Made by a program: the position numbers and the translations under genes. 51,606 nucleotides of DNA from Gemmatimonadota bacterium (GTDB taxonomy: Bacteria > Gemmatimonadota > Gemmatimonadetes > JACCXV01 > JAHWKZ01): NCBI GenBank assembly GCA_035633635.1, contig DASQEN010000290.1, positions 1 through 51,606 of the forward strand, written 5' to 3'. Below are positions 28,486-37,343 of the stretch, in pieces; the stretch's first letter is position 1, and each line of letters opens with the position of its first letter. The notes under the pieces were generated by a model, which was given only the letters and a program-made list of their open reading frames with translations, did not search any database and was not told the origin of the DNA.

Positions 28486-28854
28486 ATGACGAGGAGTCCG
28501 AAGCGAGCCGTCGCGGCCATTCTCGCCCTACTGTTCGTCTTAGCGGGGGTCGGTGACGCCCTCGGGGCGCACCACTGCCCGCATCATGACGGGGTGCTGG
28601 CCGAGGTCCCGGCCGCGAATTCCGCCGCCGCCCACGAGCACGACCCGGGCGCCGACTCCGGCACCCACGGACCTTGCACCTGCGTCGGGCGGTGTCACGC
28701 CGGCGCCGCCCCGTCCGTGCCGGCCCCGGCCCTCGACCGCGACCTCCCCGTACCCCCGGCGCCGCCGCTATCCTTCCGCGCTCCACAGCCTGTGCTCCGG
28801 CTGGCCATCGTCCCCTTCTCGCTCCCGTGGGGAAACGCTCCACCGTCCCTCTGA
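28486..28854 (+). CDS. Membrane-anchored/secreted His- and Cys-rich protein (putative metal binding)
   Basis: ATG 28486. Anchor AVAAILALLFVLAGV followed by HHCPHH, AAHEHD and GPCTCVGRCHAG. The track ORF opens at 28303. Confidence 0.5.
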   Translation: MTRSPKRAVAAILALLFVLAGVGDALGAHHCPHHDGVLAEVPAANSAAAHEHDPGADSGTHGPCTCVGRCHAGAAPSVPAPALDRDLPVPPAPPLSFRAPQPVLRLAIVPFSLPWGNAPPSL

Positions 28855-29075
28855 TCGACGGATTCCGCACCATGACAGGCGGCGCATCTGGGCGCCCGCT
28901 CGTTTCCAGGATCCCGATCGGAGGTTTCTTCCATGGTCACGCTCGTCGATCTTTTCCATCGGCCGGGCCGCGCGGCGGGGGTCATAGCCGCCATCGTCCT
29001 GGGGCTCCACTTCGGGGCGGGACCCAGACCTACGAAGGGGGCGAGGTGGTCGAATGGGCGGGTGCCATCCGCGGT

Positions 29076-29270
29076 CTAGTCCACGAAGCCCGCGCTGCGG
29101 ACGTTCTGGTAGCGGTTCAGCGCCTCCTCGATCCGCGGCGGCACCTCGGGGGCGTCTTCGAGAACCACGGTCCCATCGAGGACGGTGCGCTGCTCAGGTG
29201 CCTGCTAGGCGTCCAGGCGAGCGGGCGCCAGGGCGAGCAGCAGGCCCGTCAGGGCGAACAAGCGTCTCAT
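29076..29270 (-). pseudogene. N-terminal relic of a secreted peptidase (S9 / beta-propeller-type leader region) with two in-frame TAG codons
   Basis: The minus frame from ATG 29270 reads MRRLFALTGLLLALAPARLDA*QAPEQRTVLDGTVVLEDAPEVPPRIEEALNRYQNVRSAGFVD*. The stops are at 29207..29205 and 29078..29076. No peptidase body follows. Confidence 0.35.
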
Positions 29271-29637
29271 GGGGAACTGATCGGGGATGTCGCGGAGGCG
29301 CGCAAGGCCTCCGGGGCGGTCGGCCGGGGGGAGACGGCCGTCCGCCCTGCGGAGGACTCGGTCAGGAAGTCAGGAGGACCTTGATCCACATGCTTCCATG
29401 GTTTGGCAAACCGCGTGCCGCGACGACCCCAGGCCCGTCCACGCGCGGTCGGCGCAGGGAGTGGAAGTGGAACGGAACGCATAATGAAAGGAAGTCTCGC
29501 AGCCCCGTGTCTCGGCCGTCCCAGCGCCTCTTCCACGATCGCGGAACCCACTGACCGTCGCCGTACCCTTGTGGTTCCTCGGCTGTACTCGAGATACTTC
29601 GCTTGACCGATCGGTGGGGCCGGCCAGATTCGGCAGG

Positions 29638-30466
29638 GTGCCCGAGCTTCCCGAGATCGCCGAGTACCTCCACGCGCTCGAGCCGCGGGTCGTCGGCCCC
29701 AGGCTCGAGGGCATCCAGGTGCGCTCGGTCGCGCTCCTCCGGACGTGGGACCCACCGCTCAAGGCGGCCGAGGGAAGAGAGGTCCTGGGCCTCCGACGCG
29801 TTGGAAAGCGGATCGTCTTCGCGCTGGAAGGAGAGCTCTTCGTCGCCCTCCATTTGATGATCGCCGGCCGGCTCAAATGGGGCGGGACGCCCTGGGCGAT
29901 TCCGAGGAAGGGCGGACTGGCGGCGTGCGACTTCTCGACCGGCTCCCTGCTCCTGGTCGAGGCCGGCACGAAGCGGCGCGCGCGGCTCCATCTGGTGGGG
30001 CGAGGAGGCGCTGGCGGCGCTCGATCCGGGAGGCATCGAGGTCGTGGACGCCCATCTCCCCGATTTTCGCTCCGCGCTCCTCCGCGAGTGCCACACGCTG
30101 AAGCGCGCGCTGACCGATCCCCGTTTCTTCTCGGGCATCGGCGGCGCGTTCGCCGACGAGATCCTCCATCGCGCCCGGCTCTCGCCGCTCCAGATCAACG
30201 CGAACCTGTCGGACGAGGAGGTCGAGCGGCTGTGGCGCGCCTCGCGGGCTGCGCTCGCGGAGTGCGGGGCTCCGGTCCAGCGCATTGTCTACGCCGACCG
30301 CGAGACGAACTACTGCCCGGGCTGCCAGACGGACGGGAGGATCCTCGCCGACCGGGCCCTCAGCCGCCTCTTGCGTGACGACTGGCCGCGCACGCTGGAG
30401 GAGCTGGAGGATGTAGATTGGAGCACAGGAAACGGGCAGAACCCTCGACGGAAAGGACCACGATGA
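29638..30466 (+). pseudogene. Fpg/Nei-family DNA glycosylase, frameshifted
   Basis: GTG 29638 gives (M)PELPEIAEYL... with the catalytic Pro2/Glu3. The frame breaks at the G4 run 29997-30000. The H2TH part continues in the +1 frame ([16 protein letters not shown]...[21 protein letters not shown]...[18 protein letters not shown]). Only one Cys precedes CPGC where a CxxC...CxxC zinc finger is expected. Confidence 0.7.
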
Positions 30467-31056
30467 GAGGCTCGATCGTCTCACTCGCCCTCTGCTCTCT
30501 CCTCCTCGCGTGCGGCAAGGCCGAAGACCGCGAGGGCGCGATAGAAGCGGACACCACCGGGATGATCGCCGACACGGGCCTCTCCGCAGTCGGGGCACCA
30601 GCTGACGAAAACGCGGCGCGCGCGGACATCGTCGACGCGAGAGGCCTCGGCATCGGGGCCGTGATCGTGACCGGGCTGGACGGCGGGGTCGCGCTAGCGG
30701 GCGCGCTGATCAGCCTGCCGCCCGGCGAGCACGGGTTCCACATCCACCAGATCGGCAGTTGCGAGCCACCGATCTTCGAGTCCGCCGCGAAGCACGTCGC
30801 TCCCGACGGGAACCCGCACGGCTTCGATGCCGCGGGCGGCCCGCACGCCGGCGACCTGCGGAACCTGGTGGTCGCCGAGGACAGCACCGCCACGGTCGAC
30901 CAGACGAACGAGCGGGTTACGCTGCGGGGAGGGAACGTCGAGCTGCTCGACGGCGACGGATCGGCGCTCGTCATCCATGCCGGGCCCGACGATTACACCA
31001 CGCAGCCGTCCGGCGACTCCGGAACCCCGATCGCCTGCGGGGTGATCGAGGGCTGA
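30463..31056 (+). CDS. sodC: Cu/Zn superoxide dismutase, lipoprotein form
   Basis: ATG 30463 (ATGA overlap with the fpg-frame stop). Lipobox LLLACG. Metal ligands are present ([34 protein letters not shown]...G..IACGVI). Confidence 0.9.
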   Translation: MRGSIVSLALCSLLLACGKAEDREGAIEADTTGMIADTGLSAVGAPADENAARADIVDARGLGIGAVIVTGLDGGVALAGALISLPPGEHGFHIHQIGSCEPPIFESAAKHVAPDGNPHGFDAAGGPHAGDLRNLVVAEDSTATVDQTNERVTLRGGNVELLDGDGSALVIHAGPDDYTTQPSGDSGTPIACGVIEG

Positions 31057-31078
31057 GAGTCCGCACCCGCGGCGCCGG

Positions 31079-33331
31079 TTATTCGAACCGCGGGGTGTAT
31101 CCGTCGAGGGTCGAGTAGGGATCGGGCCAGCGAAGCTCATAGCCCATCCGCCACGCGGCGTTCCGCGCCCAGTACGGATCCCACAGGTGCGCCCGCGCCA
31201 GCGCGCAGAGGTCGGCGCGCCCCGCCGCCAGGATCGTGTTGACGTCCATGTACGAGGAGATGTTGCCGACCGCCATGGTCGGGACCCCGACCTCGTGGCG
31301 GATGCGATCGCTGAACGGCGTCTGGAACTGGCGCCCGTAGCGCGGCTTCGCGTGGGACACGGTCTGCCCTGCCGAAACGTCCACGATGTCGATGTCGTGC
31401 GCCGCGAGCAGGCGCGCGACCTCGAGCGAGTCCTCGATCTCCTGCCCGCCGGGTGCCCAGTCGACCGCCGAAATCCGGACCGAGAGCGGCTTTTCCGCCG
31501 GCCATGCCGCGCGAACGGCGTTCACCACCTCGAGCGGGAACCGCATCCGATCCGCGACCGATCCGCCGTATTCGTCCTCACGGCGGTTGGTGAGCGGGGA
31601 GATGAAGGTCGCGAGCAGGTAGCCGTGAGCCATGTGGACCTCGAGCAGGTCGAACCCGGCGGCGTCCGCCCGCTCGGCGGCCCGCACGTGGTCCCGGATC
31701 ACCGCGTCCATGTCGGCGCGGACCATGGCGCGCGGCACGGGGTTCGCCTCCGCCCATGGGATCGGGCTCGGCGCCAGCACCTCCCAGCCCCCTTCGGCGA
31801 GCGGCTCGTCGGCGCCCTCCCATGCCAGCCGGGTCGACCCCTTCCGGCCGGCGTGGCCGAGCTGGATCCCGATCGCGGCGCGCGAATAGGCGTGGACGAA
31901 GTCCACGATCCGCTTCCATCCCTGGACGTGCTCGTCCCGATAGAGGCCCGCGCAGCCCGGGCTGATCCGACCCTCGGCGCTGACGTCGGTCATCTCGGCC
32001 ATCACGAGCCCCGCGCCGCCGATCGCGCGGCTCCCGAGGTGGACGAAGTGCCAGTCGTTGGGCATCCCGTCCTCGGCCAAGTACTGGCACATCGCCGAGA
32101 CGACCACGCGGTTGGCGAGCACGAGATCCCGCAACCGGAAGGGGGTGAAGAGCGGTGGGGGCGGGGAATCGAGCGGGACCGCGACACCGCTCTGCTTCTG
32201 TGCCTCGGCCGCGAACCAGCGATCGACATCCGCGGTGAACGCGGGGTCGCGGATCTTCAGGTCCTCGTGCGTGATCCGGAGCGAGCGGGTGAGCAGGTTG
32301 AAGGCGAACTGGATCGGCTCGGTCTCCATGTACCGCTCCGTCCCCTCGAACCACTGCAGGCTGGCCTGCGCCGCGCGCTGGAGGCTCTCGACCTCGGGCT
32401 TCCGCTCCGCCTCGTATGCCGCAAGCGCGGCGGGTACGCTCGGTTCGCGTCCCAGCGCCGCGGCCAGCGCGATCCCGTCCTCCATCGCCAGCTTGGTCCC
32501 CGATCCCACCGAGAAGTGGGCGGTGTGCGCGGCGTCCCCGATCAGGACGACGTTCTCGCGGCTCCAATGCGCGCAGGTGAGGGTCGGGAACGAGCGCCAG
32601 ATCGAGCGGTTGGCGATCAGCCGGTGACCCTCGAGCCGGTCGGCGAACAGGGCCTCGCAATAGGCGATCGTCTCGGCTTCCGACGCATCGGCGAGCCCGC
32701 TCCTGGCCAGCGTCTCGTCGGTCGACTCGACGATAAACGTCGAGCTGTCGTCGCTGAAGCGGTACGCGTGGAGCCTCCACAGCCCGTGCTCATCGCGCTG
32801 GAAGTCGAACGTGAACGCGTCGAAGGGGCGAGTGGTCCCCATCCACACGAACTTGTTCGGCCGCCAGTCGATCGCCGGCCCGAAGTCGTCGCGCCATCTC
32901 TCTCGGACCCCGCTGTTGACCCCGTCCGCCCCCACGACGAGATCCGCGTCCAGGTGCGCGGCCGGATCGATGACCTCGGTCTCCGCGCGGAGATCGACGC
33001 CCAGCTCGCGCGCACGTTCGGCCAGCACCTCGAGCAACACGCTCCGCTCCAGACCGCTGAAGCCGTGCCCGGTCGACGACAGCACGCGGTTGCGGTAGTG
33101 GACGTCTATGTCGTCCCAGTGATGAAACCGGTTCTCGAGCCGGGCGAACGTCTCCGGGTCGGCAGCGGCCAGGCCCTCCATCGTCGCGTCCGAGAACACG
33201 ACCCCGAACCCGTACGTGTCGTCGGGCCGGTTGCGCTCGTAGACCGTAACCTCGTGGGCGGGGTCCGCGCGCTTCAGCAGGATGGCGAGGTAGAGGCCGG
33301 CCGGGCCGCCTCCGACGACGACGACCCTCAC
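31079..33331 (-). CDS. abmA: Bifunctional FAD monooxygenase / Old-Yellow-Enzyme reductase: anthraniloyl-CoA monooxygenase/reductase-type (also annotated salicylyl-CoA 5-hydroxylase-type)
   Basis: N-terminal [17 protein letters not shown]...[10 protein letters not shown]...[22 protein letters not shown] (aromatic hydroxylase). C-terminal ...VVSAMCQY...[12 protein letters not shown]...[10 protein letters not shown]...[10 protein letters not shown] (OYE). GTG 33331 overlaps the ACAD stop (GTGA). 750 aa. Confidence 0.8.
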   Translation of the reverse strand: MRVVVVGGGPAGLYLAILLKRADPAHEVTVYERNRPDDTYGFGVVFSDATMEGLAAADPETFARLENRFHHWDDIDVHYRNRVLSSTGHGFSGLERSVLLEVLAERARELGVDLRAETEVIDPAAHLDADLVVGADGVNSGVRERWRDDFGPAIDWRPNKFVWMGTTRPFDAFTFDFQRDEHGLWRLHAYRFSDDSSTFIVESTDETLARSGLADASEAETIAYCEALFADRLEGHRLIANRSIWRSFPTLTCAHWSRENVVLIGDAAHTAHFSVGSGTKLAMEDGIALAAALGREPSVPAALAAYEAERKPEVESLQRAAQASLQWFEGTERYMETEPIQFAFNLLTRSLRITHEDLKIRDPAFTADVDRWFAAEAQKQSGVAVPLDSPPPPLFTPFRLRDLVLANRVVVSAMCQYLAEDGMPNDWHFVHLGSRAIGGAGLVMAEMTDVSAEGRISPGCAGLYRDEHVQGWKRIVDFVHAYSRAAIGIQLGHAGRKGSTRLAWEGADEPLAEGGWEVLAPSPIPWAEANPVPRAMVRADMDAVIRDHVRAAERADAAGFDLLEVHMAHGYLLATFISPLTNRREDEYGGSVADRMRFPLEVVNAVRAAWPAEKPLSVRISAVDWAPGGQEIEDSLEVARLLAAHDIDIVDVSAGQTVSHAKPRYGRQFQTPFSDRIRHEVGVPTMAVGNISSYMDVNTILAAGRADLCALARAHLWDPYWARNAAWRMGYELRWPDPYSTLDGYTPRFE

Positions 33332-34515
33332 GTCCGGTCGCGGCCTTCGGGCGCGCGGTTCTCGCGAGCTGCGCGCGCGCGTGCGAGGAGCTGCCCGGCG
33401 ATCACGAGCCGCTGGATCTCGGTCGTCCCTTCGTAGATCCTCAGCGCGCGCACGGAGCGGTACAGGCGGTCGACCGGATGGTCGGCGAGGACTCCGCGGC
33501 CACCGAGGATCTGGACCGCGTCGTCGATCACCCGCTGCGCGGTCTCGGTGGCGTGCGCCTTGGCCATCGATGACTCCAGCGTGACCCGTTCGGCGCCGTT
33601 GTCCTTCACCCATGCCGCGCGGTAGACGAGGAGCCGCGAGGCCGCGAGCTCGGTGGCCATGCGGGCGAGCTTCTCGCGCACGAGCTGGAACTCGGCCAGC
33701 GGCTCGCCGAACTGGCGGCGGTCGAGCGCGTGGTCGAGCGCTTCCTCGAGAGCGCGCGCGGCCATTCCACAGGCCGCGGCGCCGACCGTGGTGCGCAAGA
33801 GGTCCAAGGTCGCGAGACCGAGCTTGAACCCGTCGCCGGGCCCAGCCAGGCAGGCGTCCGCGGCGATGCGGCAGCCGTCGAAGCGGATCTCGCCGAGCGG
33901 ATGCGGCGCGGAGAGGACCTGGGCGCCGACGAACTCGAGGCCCGGCGCATCGCCGGCGACCACGAAACAGGCGATCCCCTTCGAGCCCGATCCCGACCGG
34001 GTCTGGGCGAACACGGTGTAGAAGTCGGCGATCCCGGCGTTCGAGATGAACGACTTCCTGCCGTCGAGCACCCAGCCGTCGCCCTCCCGGCGGGCGGTCG
34101 TCGTCATCGAGGCCACGTCCGAGCCGGCTTCGACCTCGGTCATCGCGAACGCGCCCATCGCGTGACCGGCCACCGCCGCGTCGACCCAGCGATCGCGAGC
34201 TCTTTCGTTGCCCGCCAGGAGAATCGGTGTCGTGCCGAGCGCCTGGAGCGCGTATACGGCGTCGGCGAGCGGCGACGCGGCGGCGATCGCCTCGCGGGCG
34301 AGCGCGATCGAGCGCAGGTCGCGCGCGGGGATCGGCGCCAGCCACCCGCCGTCGCCGAGAATTGCGAGGATCTCTCGCGCCTCCGTCCGGGCCGCGTCGT
34401 CGTCGGCGGGCTCCGGCCGCGAGCGCAGCTCGGCGCGCGCGAACGCGTCGACCCGCTTCGCGAAGTCGACGTGTCGGTCGTCGAGGAAGGCGCGGATCGT
34501 GTCGAGGTCCGGCAT
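33328..34515 (-). CDS. Acyl-CoA dehydrogenase
   Basis: ACAD pattern [11 protein letters not shown]...[10 protein letters not shown]...[14 protein letters not shown]. 395 aa. Confidence 0.9.
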   Translation of the reverse strand: MPDLDTIRAFLDDRHVDFAKRVDAFARAELRSRPEPADDDAARTEAREILAILGDGGWLAPIPARDLRSIALAREAIAAASPLADAVYALQALGTTPILLAGNERARDRWVDAAVAGHAMGAFAMTEVEAGSDVASMTTTARREGDGWVLDGRKSFISNAGIADFYTVFAQTRSGSGSKGIACFVVAGDAPGLEFVGAQVLSAPHPLGEIRFDGCRIAADACLAGPGDGFKLGLATLDLLRTTVGAAACGMAARALEEALDHALDRRQFGEPLAEFQLVREKLARMATELAASRLLVYRAAWVKDNGAERVTLESSMAKAHATETAQRVIDDAVQILGGRGVLADHPVDRLYRSVRALRIYEGTTEIQRLVIAGQLLARARAARENRAPEGRDRT

Positions 34516-34518
34516 CCG

Positions 34519-35316
34519 CTACTCGAACCGCGCGGGGCGCTTGGCTACGAATGCCTCGTACGCCTCGCGGAAGCTCGGGCCCTCCATGCAGCCGGCCTGC
34601 GCGCGCGCCTCGGCGGCTAGCGCTTCGGCGAGCCCCATCGCAGACTCCTCCTCGAGAGTCCGCTTTGTCACCGCAGTCGCGGCCGATGGGCCGCGAGCGA
34701 GCCGCATGGCCAGCTCGCGCGCCGCGGAGAGCGCCTCGCCGTCGGGGACAACCCGGTTGTAAAGTCCGATCCGGTACGCCTCCGCGGCGTCCAGGAACTC
34801 GCCGGTCAGGAGGATCTCGCTGGCGCGGCCGAAACCGACGATCCGTGGCAGGAGCCAGGCGGCGCCCATATCCGCGCCAGAGAGCCCGACTTTCGTGAAC
34901 AGGAACGCGATCCTCGCGCCCTCGGCGGCGATCCGGACGTCGCACGCGGCGGCGATCACGGCGCCGGCGCCGGCCGTCGTGCCGTTCAGCGCCGCGATGA
35001 CCGGGCGCCGGCAGCCACGGATCGCCGCGATCAGGTCGCAGGTCAGCGTCGTGAACTCGAGGAGGCCCGCCGCGTCGCGCTCGAGCAGCGGACCGATGAT
35101 GTCCTCGACGTCGCCTCCCGAGCAGAACGCCCTCCCCTTTCCGGTCAGGACGACCGCCCGAACCCCGGGCTCGGTGTCGAGCGCGCGGAACACGGCCACT
35201 AGCTCCCGGTAGACGTCGAACGTCAGCGCGTTCAGCCGCTCGGGGCGGTTCAGCGTGATCGTGGCCACGCCGGTCTCGGCGTCGTGCTCGTAGTGGAATG
35301 AGGTGGGCTCGATCAC
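34519..35316 (-). CDS. Enoyl-CoA hydratase/isomerase (crotonase) family protein
   Basis: [14 protein letters not shown]...[16 protein letters not shown]...[23 protein letters not shown] 35316 overlaps the RidA stop (GTGA). Confidence 0.85.
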   Translation of the reverse strand: MIEPTSFHYEHDAETGVATITLNRPERLNALTFDVYRELVAVFRALDTEPGVRAVVLTGKGRAFCSGGDVEDIIGPLLERDAAGLLEFTTLTCDLIAAIRGCRRPVIAALNGTTAGAGAVIAAACDVRIAAEGARIAFLFTKVGLSGADMGAAWLLPRIVGFGRASEILLTGEFLDAAEAYRIGLYNRVVPDGEALSAARELAMRLARGPSAATAVTKRTLEEESAMGLAEALAAEARAQAGCMEGPSFREAYEAFVAKRPARFE

Positions 35317-35750
35317 CGGGGCGTTTTCTCGGGCAGGACCGCGGTGGCCTCGATCTCGACGACCGCGTCGGGATTGACCAGCGATCGGACTTCGACCAGT
35401 GCGATCGCGGGATAGTGGCGCCCCATCGTCGCGCGCCACGCGTCACCGAGCTGGGAACGGGCCGCACGGTAGGCTGCCATGTCGGTCACGTATACGGTGA
35501 GCCGCACCACGTGCTCAGGCCGGCCGCCGGCGTCGCGCACGACCGCGAGCGCGCGGCCCAGCGCGGCCGCGAACTGGGCGACGAGCCGCCCCTCTGCGGG
35601 CCCGACGCCGTCGGCATCCCCGCCGCCGGCCTCGGGCGCGGTCTGCCCGGCCACGAACAGGACCTGTCCGCCGGCTGGCGCGAGGATGCCGTGGCTGAAT
35701 CCGCTGGGCCGACCGAGCTCCTCGGGGTTCACGATCTCGAAGCGCGTCAC
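35313..35750 (-). CDS. RidA/YjgF-family reactive enamine/imine deaminase
   Basis: [21 protein letters not shown]...[11 protein letters not shown]...[25 protein letters not shown] 35750 overlaps the SDR stop (GTGA). Confidence 0.8.
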   Translation of the reverse strand: MTRFEIVNPEELGRPSGFSHGILAPAGGQVLFVAGQTAPEAGGGDADGVGPAEGRLVAQFAAALGRALAVVRDAGGRPEHVVRLTVYVTDMAAYRAARSQLGDAWRATMGRHYPAIALVEVRSLVNPDAVVEIEATAVLPEKTPR

Positions 35751-36562
35751 GCCAGGAGCCCTCCTCCGTCGATCACGATCGCCTGCCCGTTGACACCCCG
35801 CGCAGCGTCCTCGCAGAGCCACGTCACCGCACTCGCCACCTCGCCGGGCTCGATCAGCCGCCGCTGCGGCGAGGTGGCGAGGATCGCGCTCATCGCCTCT
35901 TCCTCGGTGAGCCCTGCCGTCTCCATGATCCGCTTCACCGACCGCACGGTCATCTCCGTGTCCACGTATCCGGGGCATACGGCGTTAACCGTGACCCCGA
36001 AGGAGGCCGCCTCAGCGGCCACGGACCGCGTGAACCCCAGCACCGCGTGCTTGGAAGCCGCGTAGGCGGCGATGTACTTGGCGCCCGCGAGACCGGCCAC
36101 CGAGGCGATGTTTACGACCCTTCCCCAGCCACGCCCCATCATCGCGGGCAGGAACGCACGCGTGACCAGGAACGTGCCGGTTACGTTGACCGCGAAGATC
36201 CGCTCCCACTCCTCGAGCGTTTGCCGGGCGAGCGGGGCCGAGTGGGCGATTCCCGCGCCGTTGACCAGGACGTCGACCTCGCCCAGCCGCTCGCGCGCCG
36301 TTTCGGCCAGCGATTCGACCGAGACCGGATCGGTCACGTCGACCCGAGCCCCCCACCCCACTCCCCCGGCGTCTGCGATCTCCGCCGCCACGGCCTCAAC
36401 CTCGCCCGCCGTCCGTGATGCAACCACGACCCGCGCGCCGGCCGCCGCCAGCGCGCGGGCGACCGCGGCCCCGATCCCCCGGCCACCGCCGGTCACGACC
36501 GCGCCCCGCCCCTCGAGCGGTCCGCTCACGCCTCCGAAGCGCACCCGGACTCTCTCCCTCAT
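35747..36562 (-). CDS. Short-chain dehydrogenase/reductase (candidate 3-hydroxyacyl-CoA dehydrogenase)
   Basis: TGGGRGIGAAVA cofactor motif, NGAG and the catalytic YAASK. ATG 36562 overlaps the upstream stop (ATGA). Confidence 0.85.
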   Translation of the reverse strand: MRERVRVRFGGVSGPLEGRGAVVTGGGRGIGAAVARALAAAGARVVVASRTAGEVEAVAAEIADAGGVGWGARVDVTDPVSVESLAETARERLGEVDVLVNGAGIAHSAPLARQTLEEWERIFAVNVTGTFLVTRAFLPAMMGRGWGRVVNIASVAGLAGAKYIAAYAASKHAVLGFTRSVAAEAASFGVTVNAVCPGYVDTEMTVRSVKRIMETAGLTEEEAMSAILATSPQRRLIEPGEVASAVTWLCEDAARGVNGQAIVIDGGGLLA

Positions 36563-37335
36563 CCCTCGGCCTCGAGCGCCTCGACGACCGCGTCGGCGAG
36601 AATGCCTCCCAGCGCGGCGATCGTCTCGCGCCCTTCCTCGGCCGTGGCCGCCGCCGGGTCGCCGAAGTACGCGCGCGGCCCCCCCGCCTCCTCGAACGTG
36701 CGCTTCCCCTCGGCAATCGCGGCCACGAGCGAACGCGGAACCTCGCGCAGGGCACGTCGCACGTCATCGCGGACGAGCTCCGGACGAGAGGCGAGGACGA
36801 TCGAGCCTTCGAATCGGCCCGCGTGGCAGGCGCCGCTCCGGAACTCGTCGGTTAGGCGGCTCCCCCAGGGCTTCCGGGTCAGGTCGGGAAAGACGACCAG
36901 AATCCCTCCGTCGCCCGCCGCCTTCTCGCGTGCCGCGTGGAGCGACGCGAGATGCTCGGGGTCCAGGTGCGCGTTGGCGATCGCCAGCGCGCGGAAGCCG
37001 TGCCGACCTATTGAGCGGGCGATGTCGGAGAGGATCGCGGTCACGGCCGTTTGGCTCGCCGAGATCGTGCCGGGGAACGCCGCCGCGAAGCCGGCCGTCG
37101 TATAGGGAAGCGAAGGCAAGAGGACTGTCGGGATCCCGCGCGCCTCAAGCGCCGCCGCGCCGGCCCGCGCCATCGCCTCGGCGATCACCCCGTCGGTCGC
37201 GAGCGGGAGGTGCGGTCCGTGGGCCTCGATCGCCCCGATCGGCAGGATCGCGACCGTACGCCCGCGCTCGAGGTCACGCGCCTCCTCCCACGTCATCTCC
37301 GCCAGTTGCCGGGGTTCGCGCGCCTCGGGTATCAT
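36559..37335 (-). CDS. Creatininase-family (creatinine amidohydrolase / ArfB / MftE fold) metal-dependent amidohydrolase
   Basis: ILPIGAIEAHGPHLPLATD, ...IANAHLDPEH..., ...ACHAGRFEGS match creatininase-family metal-ligand blocks. It is the first gene of the six-gene minus-strand operon. Confidence 0.75.
   Translation of the reverse strand: MIPEAREPRQLAEMTWEEARDLERGRTVAILPIGAIEAHGPHLPLATDGVIAEAMARAGAAALEARGIPTVLLPSLPYTTAGFAAAFPGTISASQTAVTAILSDIARSIGRHGFRALAIANAHLDPEHLASLHAAREKAAGDGGILVVFPDLTRKPWGSRLTDEFRSGACHAGRFEGSIVLASRPELVRDDVRRALREVPRSLVAAIAEGKRTFEEAGGPRAYFGDPAAATAEEGRETIAALGGILADAVVEALEAEG
37306..37335 (+). promoter_or_regulatory. Candidate promoter giving a leaderless ligase mRNA
   Basis: TTGCCG (37306-37311), an 18-nt spacer, TATCAT (37330-37335), then 8 nt to ATG 37344. 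No SD precedes the ATG. The -10 hexamer contains the creatininase start codon on the opposite strand. Confidence 0.3.
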
Positions 37336-37343
37336 CCCGCTCC

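Noticed and set aside
28933-29082. A 49-codon plus-strand ORF (MVTLVDLFHRPGRAAGVIAAIVLGLHFGAG...) with a GGAGGT SD.
   Set aside because: It is plausible, but it overlaps the peptidase relic, has no recognisable family and lies in a decayed stretch. There is not enough support to list it as a feature.
29076-29270. Two in-frame TAG codons as possible stop-codon recoding (pyrrolysine or suppression).
   Set aside because: TAG is used as an ordinary terminator by vapB, the asnB-like gene, the CoA ligase, kynU, the ABC ATPase and others in the same window. No pyl genes are present, and the ORF has no body after the second TAG. A pseudogene is the simpler reading.
31079-35467. A single 1462-aa minus-strand ORF suggesting a giant fusion protein.
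   Set aside because: It is an artefact of three genes sharing one frame in high-GC DNA. The family-like sequence of the monooxygenase/reductase starts at GTG 33331 (GTGA overlap with the ACAD stop). The upstream part of the ORF is Arg/Pro/Gly-rich nonsense overlapping real ACAD and crotonase genes in other frames.
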